A stretch of DNA of 35,854 nt from a virus. Lineage: Duplodnaviria > Caudoviricetes. The stretch is from the IMG/VR virus record IMGVR_UViG_3300020719_000006, positions 1 to 35,854 of that record. One strand, written 5' to 3'. The position numbers were made by a program, and so were the translations under genes. The notes below the pieces were generated by a model. The model was not told where the DNA came from. It saw nothing but the letters and a program-made list of their open reading frames with translations, and did not search any database. The number at the start of each line of letters is the position of its first letter. Position 1 is the first letter of the stretch. Below are positions 26,216-35,191 of this stretch, piece by piece.

Positions 26216-27142
26216 TTACGGACCGTTAGATCCAAAGATTGCACGTGGGTCAGTCCAACCAAAAGAATAACGCTCGTAACCTTTTGCTTTCGCATTCATG
26301 GTGTCAAAGTCATTATCCATATCAAATTGGATACCTACACGTTCGTAGTATTTCATACCATCACGTACGTTAGTTCTAATGAACCAAGCATGTGGAGCTG
26401 TGAAATAGTGGTTTACAACTGCACCACCTGGGAATACATTGTTTGCCTTGAGAATGTTCAAGTCATTGTTTGCAGAACCAGGAGTAGAAACAGTCTTCAG
26501 AATACGACCAGCATTGTAGATTTCTTGACGAGCGATATGTAATGATTTAGGCATTACATTGATCAATAGACCACGGTCGTCTTGGAAACCCATCAAAGCA
26601 ATAGTAGCATCTTCTAAAGAAGCTTCTGACAAGTCAGCATCAACTGTTAACTTGTTAGCGAATGTACCGCCAGAAGTATTAGGATGTGCTGTAGAGCAAA
26701 GAGCTACGCCATCACCACCAGCATACTGTAGGTTGGTACCTGTAGTAAATGCACGGTTGTAAATGTTAGCACCTACGTTTTCTTTCGTTTGACGGAAAGA
26801 CATAGCCAATGCACCAGAACGCTTCTTAGATACTTGTTCGTACAAGTTATCATCAAGTTCTTCTTTAGTTACAATATATCCCAAAGCGTATGCGATATGT
26901 GTGTAACGAGTTGTGAAACCTTGGATCTCTGAATCAAATATTACTCCAGAGCCTTCAGTTTTCTGTGGAACGAGTCCGAATCCAGTTAACTGGACATCTT
27001 CTTCGTAGTTTTGATGTGATGAATCTTTATCAAAGAGTGAAGAATATTCTTCTGGATGCTCTTCGTATACTTGGCCCCACCAAGCTTTAATACCAGGCCA
27101 TAGGGCCTTAGGATGGGTACCGGTTGTGATTACGCCTGCCAT
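26216..27142 (-). CDS. Major capsid protein
   Basis: LWPGI, E......GFG...K.EG...D, Y.H...ALG...T.E..DDNLY, GGDGVAL.STAHP and ERYSFGWTDPR; AAGGA RBS; followed by a terminator. Confidence 0.9.
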   Translation of the reverse strand: MAGVITTGTHPKALWPGIKAWWGQVYEEHPEEYSSLFDKDSSHQNYEEDVQLTGFGLVPQKTEGSGVIFDSEIQGFTTRYTHIAYALGYIVTKEELDDNLYEQVSKKRSGALAMSFRQTKENVGANIYNRAFTTGTNLQYAGGDGVALCSTAHPNTSGGTFANKLTVDADLSEASLEDATIALMGFQDDRGLLINVMPKSLHIARQEIYNAGRILKTVSTPGSANNDLNILKANNVFPGGAVVNHYFTAPHAWFIRTNVRDGMKYYERVGIQFDMDNDFDTMNAKAKGYERYSFGWTDPRAIFGSNGP

Positions 27143-27161
27143 GTTTTTATTCCTTTAATTA

Positions 27162-27785
27162 TTAAGCTGTACCTGAGGCTTGCTTGAAGATATGCTTATT
27201 CAAGATTACTTGAACGTTATCATAAGCGCCTACGGCGTTATTTACTCGTGGAGAAACTGCAATAATCGTTAAAGGCAATGCCAATGAACCAGTAGTACCT
27301 TGAGAGATAATAGACGAACTATTCAAGATAGTGCTTGATAGTGGGCTAGAAGTAGACAAGGTTGTTTGGTTAGCTGTAATTGTCATACCAGCATTTGAAC
27401 CAACGTTTGCAGCGGCTACACCAGTTGCATCAGTTTCAATTTCAAAGATGATAGTAGGATCAGTTACAACAACTGCATAACGTAAACCAGAGCTCAACGG
27501 AAGGTACAGTTGAGTTAAGTTAAGGTTAGTTCCTTGGAGAGATACCCCAAAGTCAGCTACACGGAAACCTACGATAACACCTACAGGTGTATCTGTTGTA
27601 GCAGCTTTAGTTACATAAGCAACGCCGTTAGCATCGGAACCACCAGCGAACTTAACAACATCGCCAATGGCGTATGTGTTAGAAGCATCGTTGGCAATAG
27701 CGAACGTCATAGCTGATTGGTTAAAGTCCGCACCGGTAAGAGTACCGACAGGGCTTAGACCACGAGGCTGATTTGAATTTGCCAT
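27162..27785 (-). CDS. Capsid cement / decoration-like protein
   Basis: MAN...P.GL.P, GD.V, GV..G and V.DP...FEI motifs; directly upstream of the capsid gene. Confidence 0.68.
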   Translation of the reverse strand: MANSNQPRGLSPVGTLTGADFNQSAMTFAIANDASNTYAIGDVVKFAGGSDANGVAYVTKAATTDTPVGVIVGFRVADFGVSLQGTNLNLTQLYLPLSSGLRYAVVVTDPTIIFEIETDATGVAAANVGSNAGMTITANQTTLSTSSPLSSTILNSSSIISQGTTGSLALPLTIIAVSPRVNNAVGAYDNVQVILNKHIFKQASGTA

Positions 27786-27811
27786 TTATAATTCTTTCAA
27801 TAAGATTAGTA

Positions 27812-28327
27812 TTAATATTTAATGCCTGCATTATAGAATCCAGTGGTATCAACTTCTGAACCACCTTTACCTCTACGAATGGAAGCATCTGTTTTGTCAT
27901 TGCGTGATTGGATATCAGCTTGATCTTCGTCCCACCATTCTTCTTTAATCTTTAACAAGATCTGTTTGACTGGTTGACCCATATCATTCTTACTACCAAT
28001 AACACTTACTCTATCTCCAAGATCGACGTTTGTATTTGTAACGTTCGATGCAGCATATCCTACCTCTGAGGGAGAGACAAATTCCCAGCCAGCGTCAAGA
28101 GCCGCTTGAATGCGACCCGGCTCATCATTAAAAAAGTACAAGTGATATCCTGTAATAAGATTTCCTACTTGCAACTTACCACGTGTCCCGTTAAACGCCC
28201 CACGATTGCGACGTACCGGTTTCTCATTAGACACAGTGGGTGTCTTGACTTCTTCTTGTTGTTCCTTAACAGTGGTTGTATTTGGATTAATAAACTCACC
28301 GACTGCTAGTTTTTTATCTGTTGCCAT
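27812..28327 (-). CDS. Hypothetical head-module protein
   Basis: GY..Y..ND..GRI......GWEFV and LLKI..EWW.ED motifs. Confidence 0.75.
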   Translation of the reverse strand: MATDKKLAVGEFINPNTTTVKEQQEEVKTPTVSNEKPVRRNRGAFNGTRGKLQVGNLITGYHLYFFNDEPGRIQAALDAGWEFVSPSEVGYAASNVTNTNVDLGDRVSVIGSKNDMGQPVKQILLKIKEEWWDEDQADIQSRNDKTDASIRRGKGGSEVDTTGFYNAGIKY

Positions 28328-28346
28328 GATTGTCTTTCTCTCTTGT

Positions 28347-28709
28347 TTATTCTGACCAGTCTTGGTCGTTCTTTAGATATTGAATTGCTTTTTGTAATCT
28401 AACAGTATCATCATTTAAATGACCAATACCTTTATTACATGCATCACAAAGCAATCCACGTATCTTACCTGTGTCATGGCAATGATCCACGCACAATCTT
28501 CTTTTTAGTTCAAGTTGATGTGTACCACAAATAGCACAACAACCTTGTTGGCTTTCAAACATTTTATTAAATGTTTCTAATGTAATATTGTAATAACGTT
28601 TTAATGCATTCTTTAAAAGAATTGTTTTACGTTTTTCTACGTTATCATTATTCCATTTAGTGTTGTATGCAATACTCTCAGGTGTGTGTGGTCTATTTCT
28701 AGCCATCAC
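28347..28709 (-). CDS. Endonuclease VII-like (His-Me finger) putative homing endonuclease
   Basis: Y.IT......M...Q.G.CAICG, L.VDHCH.TG.IRGLLC..CN.GIG...D; visibly more AT-rich than its flanks. Confidence 0.9.
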   Translation of the reverse strand: MMARNRPHTPESIAYNTKWNNDNVEKRKTILLKNALKRYYNITLETFNKMFESQQGCCAICGTHQLELKRRLCVDHCHDTGKIRGLLCDACNKGIGHLNDDTVRLQKAIQYLKNDQDWSE

Positions 28710-29569
28710 TCACTCCAATCATATTCCTGAACATAGGCTTCTTTACTCTTAATTAAACCCTGCTTAAGAAAGCGGTCGCAAGCGGCCTTAGCTTCTGTAG
28801 GTAGGTTCTCGTATGATTTCTTAGCAGAGCTAGGGCGACCAGAGGTTGTCGTAGCAGCAGATCCATCCATAGGATTAGATCGTTTCTTTTTACCAAAGCG
28901 TTCTGGGAACGTGGTAGCTAATTCTTCATCTAACTTGTCTAGGAATGCCTTACCTTTAAGGGTAGGGAACTCTTCGGTAATAGACTTACCAATTGTATTT
29001 GTGATGTCTGTAATTCGTTTGTCTTGACCAAACCAATCATTACGATCTAACCACGCTTGTAGATTCTCATCTGGCTGTGGTGGTGACTGTACTGCTGGTG
29101 TTGGTTCACGAGTAGCTTCGGCACGGGCCTCAACTACATCCTGTTTAATCAAGTCCATGGCATCATCAATCTCAACAACACGATCGCCATCTCCACTGGA
29201 GACTGCATCACGCTTTGCTTGTTTCAATTGAACTAACTGACCTTCCAGTTCTTTTGCCTTACGTTCATACTGTTCCTTTTGGAACTTCTGGAACTCACGT
29301 GCAGTAGATCTTGCTTCTTCAGCAATACTACGTGCCTCTTTAAGTTCCTTGAGCAGCTTCTCGTTGTTCTTCCTAAGGATAGGCATAATCTCTTTGCCAC
29401 GACGGACAAAGGTTTCAGCATCTACCCAATCAGATTCATTACCACGATAGTCTTCTTTAGCAACCCAACCCTGTGCGCCAGCTTCAGCAGCATAGTCAGG
29501 TGTGTTTGGAGTCTGTTGTGGTTCAACGTTGTTAGGCTCTTGTTGATTGTCAATTACATCATCACTCAT
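28706..29569 (-). CDS. Putative capsid scaffolding protein
   Basis: A...GW...E...G...W..AE.F, long coiled coil and W...N.WF; lies between portal and capsid. Confidence 0.72.
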   Translation of the reverse strand: MSDDVIDNQQEPNNVEPQQTPNTPDYAAEAGAQGWVAKEDYRGNESDWVDAETFVRRGKEIMPILRKNNEKLLKELKEARSIAEEARSTAREFQKFQKEQYERKAKELEGQLVQLKQAKRDAVSSGDGDRVVEIDDAMDLIKQDVVEARAEATREPTPAVQSPPQPDENLQAWLDRNDWFGQDKRITDITNTIGKSITEEFPTLKGKAFLDKLDEELATTFPERFGKKKRSNPMDGSAATTTSGRPSSAKKSYENLPTEAKAACDRFLKQGLIKSKEAYVQEYDWSE

Positions 29570-29919
29570 CTTATTCCCTTACTTAAATGTGGATCAACTA
29601 AGTCCATGTCTGGATCTAAGATACCAGTCAAGTCATCATCGTTAATCATTCTATACTTAGCGCCGTCTTTACCGACGTACATTAAACCTGCATACTTAGC
29701 CATGATTACTTTGTCACCCTGTTTAACAGGACACTCAGCATAGCCACTAAAGGCTTCTGGACCAACAGCTACGACCTCACCAGTTGTATTACCTAACTGC
29801 TCACGTTCACTCATACCCTCTGTAGAGACTATGATACCGCTTGCTGTTTGATTAACTACAATCATTGGCTTAATCAGTACTCGATTTAATAAAGGTGTTA
29901 TCCCTGTAGTATTACTCAT
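29566..29919 (-). CDS. groES: GroES / Cpn10-like co-chaperonin
   Basis: PLLNRVLIKP, TASGII, GEVVAVGP, VKQGDKV...KYAG and DDL.GI motifs. Confidence 0.9.
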   Translation of the reverse strand: MSNTTGITPLLNRVLIKPMIVVNQTASGIIVSTEGMSEREQLGNTTGEVVAVGPEAFSGYAECPVKQGDKVIMAKYAGLMYVGKDGAKYRMINDDDLTGILDPDMDLVDPHLSKGIR

Positions 29920-30134
29920 CTATCTCCCCTTAAACTTTCCATCAGACCTTCATAGTCAAGAGCAAGGATCATACCAACAGCTGCAATACGACCACGAACA
30001 TTACTGTCGTCATCTGTACCACCTACTAGCATCTCTTTTAAATACTCTCTATCATTGAAGAGAGCCTTCATGAAGGCCCCCGTGATCGGATGTTGTTTCC
30101 AGTCCAGGAATTCCGGTTCTGTTACAACGCTCAA
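29916..30134 (-). CDS. Small hypothetical protein downstream of portal
   Basis: AGGAG then TTG start right after the portal stop; F..WK.HP.T motif. Confidence 0.65.
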   Translation of the reverse strand: MSVVTEPEFLDWKQHPITGAFMKALFNDREYLKEMLVGGTDDDSNVRGRIAAVGMILALDYEGLMESLRGDR

Positions 30135-30135
30135 A

Positions 30136-32160
30136 TTACTCTCCTGTTGGTTCCGACGGTGTGTCTTCACCTTCCGTTAACTTCATCATAAGCTCGACTG
30201 AGGACATAATGCCTTCGTTCTTTGCTTTCATTGCAGCAATCTGGGAATTGATTAACTGGATTTCTTGTCCTGTACGAACACCTCCAGCTGTCTCTAATGC
30301 CAGTAAAGCTTCTGCCTCTAACTTGTGAATCTTAGCTTCGTTCAGCTTAGCTGTATCCATAAGCTTCAATACACCAAGTTTCATCTGCAACTGTTGGTCC
30401 GCTTGTTTAATCTGGGACTTCATTTGCTCAACTTGTAACTTCTCAGGTACAGCTGGTTTAATTGCATTAGGACCTTTTGGATCCGGCAGCAATGATTCTA
30501 ACTCAGCAACCTTCCAGGCTTTAGCATACATGATTTGCGCTTGACGAATATTAACGCCAGGAGTCGTAGTAGCTAACTGTAGGATTGCTTGTGCCTGTTG
30601 CATCTTCTGACTATCACTAATGATGTTAGGATCTGCACTAGGACTGATATCACTTACTGGACCATTGTAGTCATCGGCAGAGATATTGAATTCACCCTTA
30701 TCGGATTGGAAATCAACTTCATCTTCGAGATACAATTGGTTAAGTCTGTATAGCTTGCGGAACTCTTGCTTAAGGCTTCTGTAGGTACGTTTAAAGATAC
30801 CAGAGAAAATCTTCATTCCTTGCTCAGCCATTGTTCTTGTTGTCTCAGCTGCTGTATTCTGTCCCGGATTTTGTCCAACCAGAATATCAACTGATCCACC
30901 AATACGCTCACCGTAGTTGATAAGCATTCCAAGCAATGTAAACAGAACTTGAGAAGGCTCCCTAACAGGAAGAGGCACAATGCCTTTACGTAAATCATCA
31001 CCAGTTGAATCAACGTGTTTCCATTCTAAAGGTGCAAAGTTATAATTACCACCACGCATCTTAATGCCACGGCTTAGGAACCCACCTGCTGTGTTAGACA
31101 TCGTACCAGCATCAACCAGTTGGTTAATGATTGTATCGATGCTTTGATTAAGGGGTCCCAGTAGTACTCCAAATCCCAAGTCATAAAAACCGCCATCAGG
31201 TGAGGGGATAAAAGGATACTTAGTAAAGTACTGTTCAGCTTTAATACTTAAGATTTTACCAGAGTCATTACGTTCAATAGACTGGTCAAAGAACCGGGCT
31301 ACAATACGTAGGACTTGTTTGGTATCACGACGTACCCATACAATGTATGGTTCGGCGTAACCGTCTTGGTCAAAGTCAATGAACTTGTGTGTCTCAAGGA
31401 TTTCGTACGGTGTGCTAGAGTCTGTAGACTGTGGAGCCTCCATACCCTGAGCTTTGTTTTGTGTTAACTGCAAGTTCGATTGTGGAATCGAGACTGGAGT
31501 TACTTCAGTCATCTCACAAAACAATCCACGAGCCACTCGCTCATAGATCTCATTCTTGGTCATGTACTGCACGTGGGTAACACGTGGTGCCTGTTCAAGG
31601 GACTTAGTCCAGTAGTTAACTACCAGGTCTCTTGCAAGAATGTAATCTGATTGTGGTCTACGTTTTGTAGGATGGTAGTAGGTTTTCTTAAAGGCACAAC
31701 CTACAATCGGTTGTGTGATTAAGACCCTATCAGTATCCTCTTCCCAGTCCTCATCAACTTCAAGGATCTGGTAAGACATATGATTCTCAATTCGCTCAGC
31801 TCGGCGTTCCTTCATACCATCTGGATCATCACCGATGACCCTACAACGTACTGGAGTATCGCCATTAACAAGAACAGGATATGCTCTAGCATGGTACTGC
31901 AAAGCTGCAATAGTAATTAGAGGGAACTTAACGTTAGAGGCGTTAGGCCATGGGAAGGACTTAGCTTCAGCAACCTGTAAAGCTAGCTTCATGGACTCTT
32001 CAGTCCGCTTCTCCCAAGCTGATCTAGACATTAGATCGGCAGTAAACTCTTCGTATACATCACGACCAATCTTCTGCAGATCATCTTTATCCAGAAGCTC
32101 TGCGATATTAGGACATACAACCACGTCCTCAAGTTTTAGTTTAGCTTCTAGTTTATTCAT
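30136..32160 (-). CDS. Portal protein
   Basis: 674 aa after the terminase; SR..WE, K.FPW.NASN..FP, G.AF.K, D.D.DGY.EPY and GFY..G motifs, with a C-terminal coiled-coil barrel. Confidence 0.88.
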   Translation of the reverse strand: MNKLEAKLKLEDVVVCPNIAELLDKDDLQKIGRDVYEEFTADLMSRSAWEKRTEESMKLALQVAEAKSFPWPNASNVKFPLITIAALQYHARAYPVLVNGDTPVRCRVIGDDPDGMKERRAERIENHMSYQILEVDEDWEEDTDRVLITQPIVGCAFKKTYYHPTKRRPQSDYILARDLVVNYWTKSLEQAPRVTHVQYMTKNEIYERVARGLFCEMTEVTPVSIPQSNLQLTQNKAQGMEAPQSTDSSTPYEILETHKFIDFDQDGYAEPYIVWVRRDTKQVLRIVARFFDQSIERNDSGKILSIKAEQYFTKYPFIPSPDGGFYDLGFGVLLGPLNQSIDTIINQLVDAGTMSNTAGGFLSRGIKMRGGNYNFAPLEWKHVDSTGDDLRKGIVPLPVREPSQVLFTLLGMLINYGERIGGSVDILVGQNPGQNTAAETTRTMAEQGMKIFSGIFKRTYRSLKQEFRKLYRLNQLYLEDEVDFQSDKGEFNISADDYNGPVSDISPSADPNIISDSQKMQQAQAILQLATTTPGVNIRQAQIMYAKAWKVAELESLLPDPKGPNAIKPAVPEKLQVEQMKSQIKQADQQLQMKLGVLKLMDTAKLNEAKIHKLEAEALLALETAGGVRTGQEIQLINSQIAAMKAKNEGIMSSVELMMKLTEGEDTPSEPTGE

Positions 32161-33677
32161 TAATATCCCGTTACGGCGTTAGCGCCTCGTCTATCGTATC
32201 CGAACTCATGCATAGCATCTCGGTATTCTTCGTCCTCAACCTCATCATTGGTTGGGGCTTCAATAAGTTTATCAAGCATCATACCAAGGTAAGCCATACA
32301 GTCTACTTGGTCATCATGCTTGTCTCTAGGGAACCTCATCATCTCATCTTCAAGTGTCTGGTACCAATCAGCGTTCTTATCGAACCGTACACCTTTGGCA
32401 CGCATCCTGGCTTGGATACTTCGTCCTCTGGCTATCTTATCCTTACCACCATGCTTTAGGGGTACTAGGTTAAGGTATGTATTAGTCTTGTGCATCTCTT
32501 CTCGAAGAAAGGGTCCAATAGCTTTTGAGACTTGCATCTCCTCAATACCAAAGGCCTCTGGCTTGTATAGTCTTTGGAGAGCAAGAATAGTGTCTACGAT
32601 CTCCCGGCCATCTAGCCGGTCTCGTATTACATCACGGATCTGAATACGCTTGTTCTCATCCACACCAGCAACAATGAATACGGAGTAGTCAGCTTGTTGG
32701 GATTGTGAAATAGCTAAGTCAGCAGTGATGTAGTAGTTAATACGGGCAGTCTGATCATCAACCGTTAATGCGGCAAAGTCAGGCTTTTTGAAATAGGAAT
32801 TCGCTTCATCAAGAGGTACGTTAAGATACTCTTGTGAGTAAACGTCAGGCATACCCTGGCGGATATACTCTTCACGTAATGCTTTAAGTTCTTCAGCACT
32901 CTTCTTCTCAGGCCACAGGATCTCTGTGAAGTCTGGATTGTGTGCTTTGTACTTAACTGACTTCCATAAGGAACGACCAAGTGAATAGGTCTTGAGTCCT
33001 TCTGTAATTGTTTTTTTGTCACTGTCTCGTGGCATTAAAGATTCAAGGAGCGAATCCATGTGTAGAATAGTTCCAACCATCCGGATAATCCCGCTATCGC
33101 TACGACAAGGCAAGAGAGCTCCATAGAACCACCTTCTAAATTTCTTACGACGTTCGCTGTTCATGACAGCTTCATCATTCTCCATATCATCACATAATAT
33201 GATGTCTGGGCGTGAGCCGTTCCAGATAAGACCACGAAGCTTTTGCTCTGCACCCTTAGCAATGATACGGAACTTATCGCCGTTATCAAACTCGACAATG
33301 ATGTCTGATTCTGTTTCCTTGAGAAACTTGACCAGACCCTTCTCATCCCTTTTAATCCCAAATAGGGATATAAGAGTTTCATTTTCTTGTAGCTGTTGCT
33401 TAATGGATCCTAGAAACAACGAAGCTTGTGACTCTGTGTCTGATACCATCAGCATGAACTTACGCTCTCGAAATAAGAGCGTAGCCAATCCGTATCCCAT
33501 CGTGACTGCAGTAGATTTCGCATGACCTCGTGGGGCGGATATAGCTACAAACTTATCTTGTGAACAACATAGATCCCACCATTCAAGGTGGCAGGCTGGT
33601 GTGCTAACAGCATCACCTAGGCTGGAGGACAGTACGCTACCCATGAACCCAGCAATGGTATCCCGGTTAACTAGCAT
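32160..33677 (-). CDS. terL: Terminase large subunit
   Basis: Walker A APRGHAKST, LRG...RPD, Walker B ILCDDME, VGTILH, nuclease DLA...DYS and HDDQVD. Confidence 0.95.
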   Translation of the reverse strand: MLVNRDTIAGFMGSVLSSSLGDAVSTPACHLEWWDLCCSQDKFVAISAPRGHAKSTAVTMGYGLATLLFRERKFMLMVSDTESQASLFLGSIKQQLQENETLISLFGIKRDEKGLVKFLKETESDIIVEFDNGDKFRIIAKGAEQKLRGLIWNGSRPDIILCDDMENDEAVMNSERRKKFRRWFYGALLPCRSDSGIIRMVGTILHMDSLLESLMPRDSDKKTITEGLKTYSLGRSLWKSVKYKAHNPDFTEILWPEKKSAEELKALREEYIRQGMPDVYSQEYLNVPLDEANSYFKKPDFAALTVDDQTARINYYITADLAISQSQQADYSVFIVAGVDENKRIQIRDVIRDRLDGREIVDTILALQRLYKPEAFGIEEMQVSKAIGPFLREEMHKTNTYLNLVPLKHGGKDKIARGRSIQARMRAKGVRFDKNADWYQTLEDEMMRFPRDKHDDQVDCMAYLGMMLDKLIEAPTNDEVEDEEYRDAMHEFGYDRRGANAVTGY

Positions 33678-34269
33678 CTGTTTCTACATCTATGATTACA
33701 TCGTTATTAATGGCTTGCTTCAGGTCTGTCTTAGACATAGTAGCAAACTCTGCAAATTTCTTGGCTAGGAATTCTAGCTGGTTCATTGTATCAAGCTTCT
33801 CAACTTGTTGGACGGCACGTCCTTCAACTTTAAGTTTCTGGTCAATCATATCGACAGCAACCTTATGGGCATCTTTCAGGTTAACAGGCTTACGAAAGAT
33901 CTCACCAGTCTTTTGGTTAAATCCGAAGTCTCCGTTAACAAGGCGATCCTCAACAGTGGTCATAGCCTTCTCTACGATCTTACCAAGGTCAGCCGACAGC
34001 TTGTCGTCTTCCTCGTCCCTGATCTGTTGGGTTAACTCTTTCCACCAAGGCTGATAACGCCAGATGTGGATGGTGTTCTTAGGGATGCCTGTGGCAGCCG
34101 CTGTCTTAACTTCAGAGCCTGTGGCTATGTAGGTAAGGACGCATTCTATCTTCTGGGACTGTGCCCAGGCTTTGTTGGGTGTACCGGGTTTAGTAGACCG
34201 GCGACGCTTAGGGGCGTTGGACAACAAGGCCAACGACGCTCTACCAAATGGTTTGTCAATACGTTTCAT
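33667..34269 (-). CDS. terS: Putative terminase small subunit
   Basis: HTH-like A..TGIP.NTI..W...WW followed by helices; directly upstream of terL; AAGGA RBS. Confidence 0.7.
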   Translation of the reverse strand: MKRIDKPFGRASLALLSNAPKRRRSTKPGTPNKAWAQSQKIECVLTYIATGSEVKTAAATGIPKNTIHIWRYQPWWKELTQQIRDEEDDKLSADLGKIVEKAMTTVEDRLVNGDFGFNQKTGEIFRKPVNLKDAHKVAVDMIDQKLKVEGRAVQQVEKLDTMNQLEFLAKKFAEFATMSKTDLKQAINNDVIIDVETDAS

Positions 34270-34292
34270 GTAACAAGGATCCTTTAACTATA

Positions 34293-34310
34293 TGTTGCTT
34301 TTTTACAACA
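34293..34310. promoter_or_regulatory. Palindromic operator-like site TGTTG-N8-CAACA immediately downstream of the leftward promoter
   Basis: TGTTGCTTTTTTACAACA; the same motif recurs three times at 34891-34992. Confidence 0.6.
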
Positions 34311-34317
34311 CCCTTAT

Positions 34318-34346
34318 ATTATACCACATATTTATTGATTTGTCAA
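34318..34346 (-). promoter_or_regulatory. Consensus sigma70 promoter for the terminase / structural operon
   Basis: On the - strand: TTGACA (34346-34341), 17-bp spacer, TGG-TATAAT (34323-34318); perfect consensus with extended -10. Confidence 0.85.
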
Positions 34347-34382
34347 TAGGTAACACAAAATAAATATATTTACAAGTAGGGG

Positions 34383-34411
34383 TTGACTTTAGAACAAGAA
34401 TAGTATATAAT
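34383..34411 (+). promoter_or_regulatory. Near-consensus sigma70 promoter, rightward
   Basis: TTGACT (34383-34388), 17-bp spacer, TATAAT (34406-34411); AT-rich UP-like tract upstream. Confidence 0.75.
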
Positions 34412-34503
34412 AAGATTTATATAATATATAATATAATATATAATACGTATAGTACTTATGTACTATACGATATATAATATATAATATAATATACAGGTAT
34501 AAC
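34400..34503. repeat. Extremely AT-rich low-complexity tract (TATAA / TAATA repeats)
   Basis: For example TATATAATATATAATATAATAATATAATAATA, read directly from the sequence. Confidence 0.8.
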
Positions 34504-34888
34504 AAGGCAACGCCGGCCCCACCAAAGGGGCAAGGCGCTTGCCATTTAAGACATTTAAGACATAATCTCCTATAAGGGGTTTCATGTCCTAAATACCTCC
34601 CCCTTGTAAGGCTTACGCGAGCCCTACAGGCGAGCATAGCCCTTTAAAAGCGTTTAAAGGTACCTACAAGCCCTTCCAAGTACCTATCTGGTACCTAGCC
34701 CTCATCTTTAATGAAAACAGCTCTAATCGCCTTATACCCCCCTTAGTTTAGAAAACTATATAAATTATAGGATAGTGACATAAATGAAATTCAGATAGAG
34801 TTCCTTTTCCCCCACCCACCCCTATACTCCTCAGGTATACCCCCACACCTACCCCACCCCATAGCTATGCCCACACTGTAGTAGTACA

Positions 34889-34992
34889 AGTGTTGTATAA
34901 AAACAACACATTACTCTGTAGCTATCCTATAGTGTGGTATAAATACAACACATTGAGTAGTAGTAGTAGATAAGTGTTGTATAAATACAACA
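34889..34992. repeat. Three palindromic direct repeats AGTGTKGTATAAAWACAACA at an exact 42-bp period
   Basis: Core 18-mers start at 34891, 34933 and 34975. Confidence 0.9.
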
Positions 34993-35191
34993 GTTATTCT
35001 ATTCCCCGATGCTTGATTGACATGTGTGTTAGCACACACCAACAACATCAATCACTTAGCATACTATATCCCCGTAACAATCATATCATAACTCGATACG
35101 ATTAAAGTCAAAAGCAAAAGCCCCTTCTGCTACCATATCGTCAGTCACTAGTCTCGTCAGGTTCCCTTCCTCACCTTCGTGCCTGCCTCTT

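Noticed and set aside
308-34287. Many short alternative-frame and antisense ORFs in the track
   Set aside because: They lie inside well-supported genes and lack motifs or RBS; treated as shadow ORFs.
34389-34637. 82-aa Y/I-rich minus-strand ORF
   Set aside because: Translation of the AT-rich low-complexity tract, with no RBS.
34889-34992. CRISPR array
   Set aside because: Only three short degenerate repeats with ~20-nt low-complexity spacers, no cas genes, and a solitary fourth copy at a promoter; protein-binding sites fit better.
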